This document shows positions 56,889 to 64,000 of a stretch of DNA of 64,000 nucleotides, one piece after another. Origin of the DNA: an uncultured Gemmatimonadaceae bacterium. GTDB lineage: Bacteria; Gemmatimonadota; Gemmatimonadetes; Gemmatimonadales; GWC2-71-9. The notes beneath the pieces are model-generated. The model saw only the letters and a program-made list of their open reading frames with translations. It was not told the origin of the DNA and made no database searches. Numbering within the stretch: position 1 is the first letter of the stretch; the number at the start of each line of letters is the position of its first letter. The stretch covers positions 70,369 through 134,368 of the forward strand of contig CAZWXD010000001.1 in NCBI GenBank assembly GCA_964638035.1, read 5' to 3'. The position numbers and the translations under genes are program-made.

Positions 56889-57335
56889 TCAGGTACTCAC
56901 GCGCTGGGCAAAGTCGAGCCAGAACCGCTCGACCACCTTGCGTGCCGCACCCTCCACGAGCCCGCCAAGGCCGGTGAGCGGTCCGTCGATGTCGCAGTCG
57001 CAGGTCCAGTGCATGGTGGTGCGTCGCGGGGCTGGCTCCTCCAGCCGGATGCTGGCCGCCAGGTTCACGGTGGAGCCGGCCGCGGCACCGCGTGCGGTGA
57101 GGGTGGCGCGCTCCGGGGGGACCAGGTTGGAGGCTTCCACGTCGAGGGTGAACTGGAGCCGCAGGGCGCCGACCCCAAAGCCGGAGATCACCCGGTAGTG
57201 CGTGGGGTCCACCTGCTCCACCGCCTCGACGCCGGGTGTCGCCGCCGCCATGAAGGCGGGATCCATCAGCTTCTCCCACACGAGGGTCCGGGGTGCCATC
57301 GCCTCGGGGGAGCCTGCGAAGGACAGGTGCATCAC
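56889..57335 (-). CDS. CoxG-like SRPBCC family protein
   Basis: LVWEKLMDPAFMAAATPGVEAVEQVD...; about 148 aa, CoxG layout. Confidence 0.7.
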   Translation of the reverse strand: MMHLSFAGSPEAMAPRTLVWEKLMDPAFMAAATPGVEAVEQVDPTHYRVISGFGVGALRLQFTLDVEASNLVPPERATLTARGAAAGSTVNLAASIRLEEPAPRRTTMHWTCDCDIDGPLTGLGGLVEGAARKVVERFWLDFAQRVST

Positions 57336-57952
57336 GCGGTGTCTCCCTGGTCGAGCGCGGCCAGGTCCGCGCGCGTGTTGACCTCCGGATTGTCGCCGTC
57401 CACGCCCAGCAGCTCAGCGTTGCCCAGCAGTGCGCCGAGTCCGTGGTCACTGGTCAGGCTGTCAATCTCATCCCAGAGCACCCGGTCCAGCAGCACCGGG
57501 TGTCCCGGCGTTTCGGGCGCGCCGGCATAGTGGGGCCGGAGGCAGGCGGCACCGGTCGCTCGCCACCGCCGCACCAGGGCAGCCATGACATCGGGCCGGA
57601 TGGTGGGCTGGTCGCCCAGCACCACCAGCAGCGCAGCGGGGCCGAGGGGGGCTGCTCGGCGAACCGCAGCCAGGCCGGAGCGGAGGCTCCATCCCATTCC
57701 ACGGTGGGCTTCAGGTGCCAGGACGGTGCGGGCACCGAGTGAGGCTGCTACCTGGGTGGCGGGTGCGTGCGGCCCGGGCGCCACCACATACGAGGCGCGG
57801 ATTGTCCCCGCTGCCTCAGCGGCCTGTACCGCGGCGATCACATGTGCCAGCACCGGGCGGCCGCGCCAGGGGGCGCTGAGCTTGTCCCCGCCAAACCGCG
57901 TCGCGCGCCCACCGGCCAGGATGATGGCGAAGGCCGGCGCGGCAGGGTGCAT
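57332..57952 (-). CDS. MobA/MocA-like molybdenum cofactor nucleotidyltransferase
   Basis: AIILAGGRATRFGGDKL...LGDQP. ATG 57952 chosen inside track ORF 57332..58069. Confidence 0.8.
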   Translation of the reverse strand: MHPAAPAFAIILAGGRATRFGGDKLSAPWRGRPVLAHVIAAVQAAEAAGTIRASYVVAPGPHAPATQVAASLGARTVLAPEAHRGMGWSLRSGLAAVRRAAPLGPAALLVVLGDQPTIRPDVMAALVRRWRATGAACLRPHYAGAPETPGHPVLLDRVLWDEIDSLTSDHGLGALLGNAELLGVDGDNPEVNTRADLAALDQGDTA

Positions 57953-58040
57953 TGGCGGTCTCCGTGAGGTGGTGGGATGTACGGGCTGGCGTGGCTGGCG
58001 ACCCCGGGTTTCCCCGCGGTCGGGGCAACGTCCCAACCTA

Positions 58041-58069
58041 TTGACCGGGGGTCGCGGGTGCCATAGCAT
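58041..58069 (+). promoter_or_regulatory. Putative promoter of tRNA-Asn
   Basis: TTGACC-N17-TAGCAT, 30 nt upstream of the mature tRNA 5' end. Confidence 0.45.
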
Positions 58070-58098
58070 GCGGTCCCGCCTGGGCCAGGCGGTGTCAG

Positions 58099-58171
58099 TG
58101 GGGTGTAGCTCAACAGGCAGAGCGCCCGGCTGTTAACCGGGAGGTTGCTGGTTCGACCCCAGCCGCCCCAG
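58099..58171 (+). tRNA. tRNA-Asn (anticodon GTT)
   Basis: Hand-folded cloverleaf of 73 nt. Acceptor TGGGGTG/CGCCCCA, D stem GCTC/GAGC, anticodon stem CCCGG/CCGGG with loop CTGTTAA, T arm GCTGG-TTCGACC-CCAGC, discriminator G. No encoded CCA. Confidence 0.9.
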
Positions 58172-58234
58172 TATCCCCCCTCAGAAATGCCCTCGGCTCC
58201 TGGTCGAGGATCATTGACTGCCAGAATCCCCCGC

Positions 58235-58858
58235 CCCCGAACCGGTCGCACCGGCAAGCGCTTCGTGACGCCGCGCTGATGATCCGTGAGCGCCCAGCGG
58301 AAGTGGAGGACCGCGCCGTGCCGGGCCACTGGGAAGGTGACCTCATGCTCGGGCTCGAGCGTTCGGCCATCGGGACGCTGGTCGAGCGCACCTCCCGATT
58401 CACCCTGCTGCTGCACCTCCCGCGCCTGCCGGGGAATGCGCACCACCGACACGAAGAACGGAGCGCCGCTCGCGGGGCACGGCGCGGCGGCGGTCCGCGA
58501 CGCGATCACCTGCGCGTTACGCACGCTGCCGACGCAACTCCGCCGCTCCCTGACGTGGGATCAAGGCGCGGAACTCGCAGCGCACGCCCAGCTCCACATC
58601 GACACGGGCCTGGCGATCTACTTCTGCGATCCGCAGAGCCCGTGGCAGCGGGGGACGAACGAGCACACCAATGGCCTCCTCCGCCAGTACTTTCCCAAGG
58701 GCACCGACCTGAGCGTCCATTCGGCCGCCGAGCTGACGGCGGTCGCCCTGGCCCTGAACACGCGCCCCCGGAAGACGCTCAGGTGGCGCACCCCTGCAGA
58801 AGCCCTGAACGACTTCATACGATTACCGCAGGACAACCCTGTTGCGACGACCGGTTGA
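58235..58858 (+). mobile_element. IS30-family transposase remnant (N-terminally truncated, frameshifted)
   Basis: [22 protein letters not shown]...[20 protein letters not shown] is in one frame. AVRDAI...[17 protein letters not shown]...[33 protein letters not shown]...LNTRPRKTL is in another. The HTH-containing N-terminus is missing. Confidence 0.8.
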
Positions 58859-58979
58859 GTCCGGGCACCACACCCCGACCGAAGCCCGGCGCGACCTCTT
58901 TCAGTACCTCGAAGGCTGGTGCAACCAGCACCGGCGCCACTCCGCCCTCGGCAACCAGTCACCCGTCAACTACGAACGC
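58859..58979 (+). mobile_element. IS3-family transposase C-terminal fragment
   Basis: [32 protein letters not shown] matches the conserved IS3 OrfB C-terminal end. Only about 40 codons remain, abutting the IS30 remnant. Confidence 0.6.
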
Positions 58980-59150
58980 GTGATGCTGGCCCGGGCAGCG
59001 TGAGATCCCAAGACGCTACCTCTCCACGAAAGCGGGTGAACTCCACTGCTGGTATAGGTCATTCGTCCTATTGACGAAGCGCCGGCCAAGAGGCACCCTT
59101 CAGTAAGCCAACGACACAATGAGAGTTCCCGCACCTTGGAGGAGTACCAA

Positions 59151-59831
59151 ATGCGGCTGCGTACGACATCGACGTACTTTGCAGCGGCAGGGCTGGTGCT
59201 GTTTGCGGCTGCATGCTCCGAACCAGATCAGTCTGGCGGGCCAAGCAACGCAGAGCATGGCGCCGGGGTGGTGGCTGTTGTTGGTGAGAATAGGGCCATA
59301 CTCATCCCGGTGGCAGATAGCACGCGAGCCATACTGGCCGGGCTGTGGCTTCGAAGCCGGGGTGGCGTGGGCGTTCCGGGCATTGAGCGCATGGTAGGAA
59401 CCGCTCCTGATGGAGCGGTGATCGTCTCGGAGGTTACCAGAGGCGAAGACGGGCGAATTGTTGGCCTTCGCACGATAAGGAACGGAGTTGCTCTTCTGGA
59501 GAGTGTGATTGGCAGCGACGGGCGCGCTAGTCATCGCGTCGGGGGCGGACGGATCAAGATAGACGCGTCACTTGCTGGCGTTCAGGTCGGTCTCAGCGAT
59601 ATCGCCAGGGCCACGGCCCCCGGAGGAGGGGGAGGCCAGGATGATTGTGCCTTGGCGACTGCCGCATACTACCTTGCTTGGGGGACTTTACTCTTGGTAG
59701 TCGCGACGACACCACTTGATCCTACCCCGCTTCAGTTGCTAGGCATAGCTTTGGCGGCAGCGAACGCCGCGAACGCGCAAGCGAACATGCACTTTTGGTG
59801 CAATCAGCAGCAGGGGGGAGGAACGCCGTAA
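59151..59831 (+). CDS. Hypothetical lipoprotein (islet cargo)
   Basis: GGAGG upstream of ATG 59151. Lipobox LFAAAC. Lower GC than the surroundings. Hydrophobic, Cys-containing C-terminus. Confidence 0.55.
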   Translation: MRLRTTSTYFAAAGLVLFAAACSEPDQSGGPSNAEHGAGVVAVVGENRAILIPVADSTRAILAGLWLRSRGGVGVPGIERMVGTAPDGAVIVSEVTRGEDGRIVGLRTIRNGVALLESVIGSDGRASHRVGGGRIKIDASLAGVQVGLSDIARATAPGGGGGQDDCALATAAYYLAWGTLLLVVATTPLDPTPLQLLGIALAAANAANAQANMHFWCNQQQGGGTP

Positions 59832-59833
59832 TC

Positions 59834-60163
59834 ATGCTTAGAACAACCCTTGGTCGCGTTGTACTTGCCGGGTTGCTCATTGTCCTGGTGTATGGTGCAG
59901 GTAGGGCCTTGCCGATTGGGCCCGGCAGTGGTCGCAGCATCCGTGTCGTTGGCGGGCTATTAGCTCTTGGCGCAGCTGTGCTGTTTGTCGTGCTGCAGGC
60001 TCGCCGACGCATTTGGCCCGAGGTCCTGCCCGTGCTGGGGTTCGTCGGGTGCGGCGTTGCTTACGCGGTTGGAAACCAGACGGGCGTCTTCCTCGCCAAC
60101 GCCGCTGCACTTGTCCTGGTTGCCTGTTTTGGTATGCTGGTCAGAAGGGCGAATCCCAAGTGA
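59834..60163 (+). CDS. Small polytopic membrane protein (islet cargo)
   Basis: Starts 2 nt after the upstream stop. 109 aa with 3-4 predicted TM helices. Confidence 0.55.
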   Translation: MLRTTLGRVVLAGLLIVLVYGAGRALPIGPGSGRSIRVVGGLLALGAAVLFVVLQARRRIWPEVLPVLGFVGCGVAYAVGNQTGVFLANAAALVLVACFGMLVRRANPK

Positions 60164-60215
60164 GCGGGACGGGCAAGGCAGCCTGCTGAAGACAGCCTTG
60201 GCTCCTTGGCGTTGG

Positions 60216-60817
60216 GGGCACCTGCGCGGGGACTGTCAGAAAGTCTGTGTATGAGCCATATCCCATGAGAAGGAGGGAGGGAGTATGGCTCGGACACCGA
60301 AGCGCCCGTTGGGGTTCACGGATGCCGCCCTGGATGAGTTGCTGCAGGGGGCCCGGTCACCGGAGGAGCTGGACGAGGTCTTTCGCACGCTGAAGCGGGC
60401 GATGACCGAGCGGATCCTGCGGGCCGAACTGACGGACCATCTGGGGTACCCCGAGGGCGGCGACCGCCCGTTGGGCGAGGGCAACGCCCGCAACGGGACC
60501 ACGCCCAAGACGGTGCTGACCGACGCGGGGGCGTTGCCTCTGGCGATCCGGCTCCTCTACTCGACCAATGCGATCGAGAGCCTGCACCGCATCCTGCGCC
60601 AGGCCCTCAAGGTGCGCGGCCACTTCCCCACGGACGACGCCGCCAGCAAGCTCCTCTATCTCGCGCTCCGGAACGCCACGCTCCGCCTCGCGCCACCCCA
60701 TCACGGGATGGTCGCCATGCAGCACATTACCCTGTTGTTCGGGGACCGGGTGCCAAGCGCCCGATGATCACCACGGCTCATACACAGACTATCGGACACT
60801 CCCCCGCGCACTTGCCC
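60216..60817 (+). mobile_element. Internally deleted IS256-family element with intact terminal inverted repeats
   Basis: Imperfect terminal IRs of about 42 nt (37/43 matches by eye), including a perfect 16-bp core AGTCTGTGTATGAGCC at 60242-60257 and 60775-60790. Encloses the truncated transposase ORF. Confidence 0.7.
60285..60767 (+). pseudogene. IS256-family transposase with in-frame deletion of the DDE core
   Basis: N-terminus LDELLQGARSPEELDEVFRTLKRAMTERILRAELTDHLGY...GNARNGTTPKTVLTD is joined directly to the C-terminus YSTNAIESLHRILRQALKVRGHFPTDDAASKLLYLALRN. 160 aa versus about 400 for intact members. Confidence 0.75.
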
Positions 60818-60861
60818 TTTGGCAGCCCTGATGCTCACCATGGCCGATAGAGAAGAGTAGC

Positions 60862-60897
60862 TTGCTGGCTCGGCCCCAGCCAAGCCACTTTCCCACC
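60862..60897 (+). repeat. Degenerate copy of tRNA-Asn 3' half (att-like direct repeat)
   Basis: 28/36 identity by eye with 58145-58180. Best block is TTGCTGG[T/C]TCG[A/G]CCCCAGCC, 18/20. Confidence 0.35.
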
Positions 60898-63030
60898 ATG
60901 TCCTCGCGACACCCGCTCTTCCACGTAACCATCCTCGCGACACTCTGTGCCCTCGTCCCCGCCACGGCCATCGGGCAGGAGCGATCCTGTGCCACCCTCG
61001 CCGCAAGCGGCGGGAGCCAGGACCTCTATTGCATCCATCTCTATGCGGCCTCGGGGTTCGACGCGGTGGGCACCGCGGAAATGCGCTGGACTGGCGGGCC
61101 CTTCATGGTAGGGGTGGCCCCCGACGGCACCCACCAGTGGAACCTCTCGTTCGACCTCGCCAACCGTCCCGACTCCCTCCTGCGTTCGCCACGCGCCGGC
61201 CTGGTCGCCTGGGCTGCCCCGCCATCCATCGCCGGGTTGCAACGCCTGGGCACCGTGGTGCCGGGGCGCGAACTCGGGCCCGTTTCGCTCGACCGCTTCC
61301 TCGTGTTCATCTCCGCCGAGGCCGATACGGCAACGCGGGAGATGCGGGGGCCGGTGGTGCTTCGTGGCGAGTCGGCCAGCAACCGCCTTCGCCCACCCGA
61401 CACCTGGCAGTTCTTCCTTGGGCTTGCCATGCCGGGAAACTCGGCGCCGGCCACCGCTACGATGCCCGGACATGCTGGTCACGGCGAACACGGCGCGCAG
61501 GCACGGGACGGCTGGGGCGCGGGCGTGCCGATGTTCCCCGGCCTGGACATGCTCGAGAGCGAGATGGCACTGCGGCCACGCGAGGCACCCTGGCTCCCAA
61601 CCGGTGGAGCCGCCGCGAAGGCCCAGCCCACGCAGCACGTCAGGGTCCGTAACGGGGACACCCTCGAACTGGTCGCATCGCCGGTGCTCCGTGTGGTGGG
61701 CGATCGCTCAGTCATGATGCTCGGCTTCAATGGGCAATCGCCGGGTCCGCTCATCGAGGCGAACCGGGGTGATGAGATCGTGGTGCGGCTGGTGAACCGG
61801 CTGGAGGCTCCCACCACGGTGCACTGGCACGGCCTGCGCCTGGAGAACCAGTACGACGGCGTGCCGGGCTTCACCCAGGACCCGGTGGAGCCGGGCGGCA
61901 CCTTCACCTACCACCTGCGCTTCCCCGACAGCGGCACCTTCTGGTACCACCCGCATGTGCGCGAGGACGTGCAACAGGACCTGGGCCTCTACGGCAACAT
62001 CGTGGTGCGAGGGGAAGCGACTCCCCCGGTCCGCGAGGAGTACCTGGTCCTCGACGACCTGCTCGTGGGGAAGGATGGGCTGGTACCCTTCGGCGCCGAG
62101 ACCTCGACCCACGCTGCGATGGGGCGGTTCGGCAACCTGATGCTGGTGAACGGTGAACCCCGCTGGCAGTCGCAGGCCCGCCCGGGGGAGACGGTGCGAT
62201 ACCACCTCACCAACGTCGCCAACACCAGAACCTTCAACCTCTCCTTCGGCCCCGATGCCAGGCTCAGCGTGGTGGGCTCCGACCTGGGGGACTTCCACCA
62301 CCCGGCGGAGGTCGGTAGCGTCGTGATCGCGCCGGCCGAGCGCTACGCGGTTGACGTCACCTTCGGCGGCGTGGGACCGGCAGCGCTGGTGAACCGGGTG
62401 CGGGCGATCGACCACCTGTACGGACGGTTCTTCAGCGTGGCCGACACCCTCGGCGTGGTGAGCGTGAGCGGCGATCGGGTGACAAAGGCATCGCTGCCTG
62501 GTGCGAGCGGGTCGCGGGCCCGGCTCCCTGAGTCCGTGCCTGCCCCGGAACACACCCTCGAGTTCCGGGTGGCGTTCCAGGACCTGCCCTTCGTGTCGGA
62601 CCAGCTCATGCGCATCGACTCGGCCTACGCCAACCCGGTGGAGTGGGAGGGCACCATGCCCACCATGAACTGGTCGGTGACGGGCCGCGAGACGCGGTGG
62701 ATCGTCCGGGACCTGGCCACGGGTGCGGAGAACATGGACATCCACTGGAGGTTCCGGCGGGGGGCGCTGGTGCCGATCCGCCTCGTCAATGCCCGGAACA
62801 CCCTGCACGGCATGCAGCACCCGATCCACGTCCATGGCCAGCGGTTCCAGGTGCTGGCGGTGAACGGGAAACGGAACGAGAATCCCGTGTGGAAGGACAC
62901 CGTCCTGCTGCCGGCGGGCATGGCGATCGACATCCTGGTGGAGATGAGCAACCCGGGGACCTGGATGCTGCACTGCCACATCGCCGAGCACCTGCAGTCG
63001 CAGATGATGATGCACTTCGAGGTCGAGTGA
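60898..63030 (+). CDS. Multicopper oxidase with approx 250-aa N-terminal extension
   Basis: Signal peptide. Copper motifs HWHGL, WYHPH, HPIHVHG and HCHIAEH..M. ATG 60898 chosen inside the track ORF. Confidence 0.9.
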   Translation: MSSRHPLFHVTILATLCALVPATAIGQERSCATLAASGGSQDLYCIHLYAASGFDAVGTAEMRWTGGPFMVGVAPDGTHQWNLSFDLANRPDSLLRSPRAGLVAWAAPPSIAGLQRLGTVVPGRELGPVSLDRFLVFISAEADTATREMRGPVVLRGESASNRLRPPDTWQFFLGLAMPGNSAPATATMPGHAGHGEHGAQARDGWGAGVPMFPGLDMLESEMALRPREAPWLPTGGAAAKAQPTQHVRVRNGDTLELVASPVLRVVGDRSVMMLGFNGQSPGPLIEANRGDEIVVRLVNRLEAPTTVHWHGLRLENQYDGVPGFTQDPVEPGGTFTYHLRFPDSGTFWYHPHVREDVQQDLGLYGNIVVRGEATPPVREEYLVLDDLLVGKDGLVPFGAETSTHAAMGRFGNLMLVNGEPRWQSQARPGETVRYHLTNVANTRTFNLSFGPDARLSVVGSDLGDFHHPAEVGSVVIAPAERYAVDVTFGGVGPAALVNRVRAIDHLYGRFFSVADTLGVVSVSGDRVTKASLPGASGSRARLPESVPAPEHTLEFRVAFQDLPFVSDQLMRIDSAYANPVEWEGTMPTMNWSVTGRETRWIVRDLATGAENMDIHWRFRRGALVPIRLVNARNTLHGMQHPIHVHGQRFQVLAVNGKRNENPVWKDTVLLPAGMAIDILVEMSNPGTWMLHCHIAEHLQSQMMMHFEVE

Positions 63031-63072
63031 TCCAGCGCGTAGCAGGCCAACACTGACGAGCGAGGAATACCG

Positions 63073-64000
63073 ATGAAGGCGATGGCAGTTGCCTGTTCCC
63101 TCATGCTGGTTCATGCGACCACTGCCCTGGCCCAGCGCCCGCAGTTGTCCGAGGGCGTGCGCCGCTACGTGGCGATCGACACCGCCGTGGTCGCGATTAC
63201 CGGCGTCACCGTCATTGATGGGCGGGGCGGGCCTGCCCGGGCGGGGCAGACCGTGGTGATACAGGATGGCCGGATCGCCGACCTGGGCGGTTCGGTGAAG
63301 GCCCCAGCCGGGGCGCGGGTGATCGATGGTGCCGGGATGACGCTTGTTCCCGGCATGGTCGGGATGCACGACCACCTCTTCTATACCGCGGCGGGCGGCT
63401 TCGCCAACCAGATGAACTTCACGGCGCCGCGGCTCTACCTCGCGAGCGGCGTCACCACCATTCGCACCACCGGCGGGCGCTCGCCCTACGCCGACCTCAA
63501 CCTGCGGAAGTCGGTGGACCGGGGGGAGGTGCCCGGTCCGCGCATCCACGTCACCACGCCCTACCTCACCGGCGGCGAGAGTGGCGGGTCGATGTTCGCC
63601 ACCAACGAACCCGAGGCGGCGGCCCGCTTCGTGGCCTACTGGGCGGCCGAGGGAGCGGACTGGGTCAAGTTCTACGCCGACGTGTCGCGGGCCACGATGA
63701 AGGCTGCGATCGACGAGGCGCGCCGGGTGGGCATCAAGACCACGGGCCACCTCTGCTCGGTCACCTTCCGCGAAGCGATGGACCTGGGGATCGACGACTT
63801 TGCCCACGGGTCGGTGACGGCATCGGACTTCGTCCCGGGCAAGACGCCGGACAAGTGCCCCACCAGCATGAACGCGACGCTCGACTCCACCATCAGCGCC
63901 ACGAATCCGGTGGGGAAGGACCTGATCCGCGACATGGTGAAGAAGGGCGCCTCGATGACGACCACCATGCCGGTGTACGAGCTCTTCTATCCCCACCGGC
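63073..64000 (+). CDS. Amidohydrolase family protein, 3'-truncated by window edge
   Basis: Signal peptide MKAMAVACSLMLVHATTALAQ. VIDGRGG...VIDGAGMTLVPGMVGMHDHL metal-binding motif. Frame stays open to position 64000; not in the track. Confidence 0.8.
   Translation, partial: MKAMAVACSLMLVHATTALAQRPQLSEGVRRYVAIDTAVVAITGVTVIDGRGGPARAGQTVVIQDGRIADLGGSVKAPAGARVIDGAGMTLVPGMVGMHDHLFYTAAGGFANQMNFTAPRLYLASGVTTIRTTGGRSPYADLNLRKSVDRGEVPGPRIHVTTPYLTGGESGGSMFATNEPEAAARFVAYWAAEGADWVKFYADVSRATMKAAIDEARRVGIKTTGHLCSVTFREAMDLGIDDFAHGSVTASDFVPGKTPDKCPTSMNATLDSTISATNPVGKDLIRDMVKKGASMTTTMPVYELFYPHR

Noticed and set aside
59560-59831. Glycine run plus hydrophobic tail of the islet lipoprotein, considered as a double-glycine bacteriocin-type leader and core.
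   Set aside because: The protein has an N-terminal lipoprotein signal, and no peptidase-domain ABC exporter is nearby. The bacteriocin reading is unsupported, so it is kept only as a generic toxin/immunity speculation.
60208-60825. Target-site duplication flanking the mini-IS256.
   Set aside because: The flanks (ggcgttgg versus tttggcag) share only TTGG, so there is no convincing 8-9-bp direct repeat. The exact ends of the element remain uncertain by a few nt.
1-64000. Searched by eye for CRISPR arrays, rRNA genes and further tRNAs.
   Set aside because: No regularly spaced direct repeats, no rRNA-like stretches, and only one cloverleaf (tRNA-Asn) could be folded. Small ncRNAs cannot be excluded without covariance-model searches.

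Overview
High-GC (about 70%) chromosomal window. Gene content suggests Gemmatimonadota or a similar lineage (inference only): TPR Ser/Thr kinases, OmpA with thrombospondin-type repeats, a caa3-type oxidase. It is densely coding, with about 65 supportable CDS and many translationally coupled operons. The many long alternate-frame ORFs in the track are GC artefacts.

Content from left to right:
- H4MPT-linked formaldehyde module: fae, an Mtd-type dehydrogenase, a DUF1464-like protein and an ATP-grasp protein
- DEAH helicase with a C-terminal RGG tail
- EamA transporter
- PAS/Fis-HTH regulator, Omp85-like protein and lipoprotein
- ispH and DUF72
- a frameshifted PQQ-type sugar dehydrogenase
- long minus-strand operon: greA, cpn10-like gene, membrane protein, hypothetical, hydrolase, DUF983
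- caa3 cytochrome oxidase operon
- fabI
- divergent tesA / ybbA-ybbP unit
- ECF sigma / anti-sigma module
- AI-2E and APC transporters
- OmpA
- MarR / dioxygenase / esterase (mhq-like) module
- ten-gene arginine operon, argG to argR
- two Ser/Thr kinases
- XdhC-CoxG-MocA maturation genes
- tRNA-Asn followed by a decayed, lower-GC islet (IS30 and IS3 debris, two cargo genes, an internally deleted IS256 element)
- multicopper oxidase
- truncated amidohydrolase at the right edge

No rRNA and no CRISPR array were seen.

Most interesting observation: the arginine operon has no recognisable glutamate N-acyltransferase (no ArgA or ArgJ). It does carry two tightly coupled uncharacterised genes, a 361-aa protein with a Walker-A-like motif between argG and argC, and an alpha/beta hydrolase between argD and argF'. 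Its acyl-ornithine transcarbamylase has Val at the position reported to separate acetyl from succinyl specificity. A palindromic ARG-box-like operator overlaps the argG start codon.
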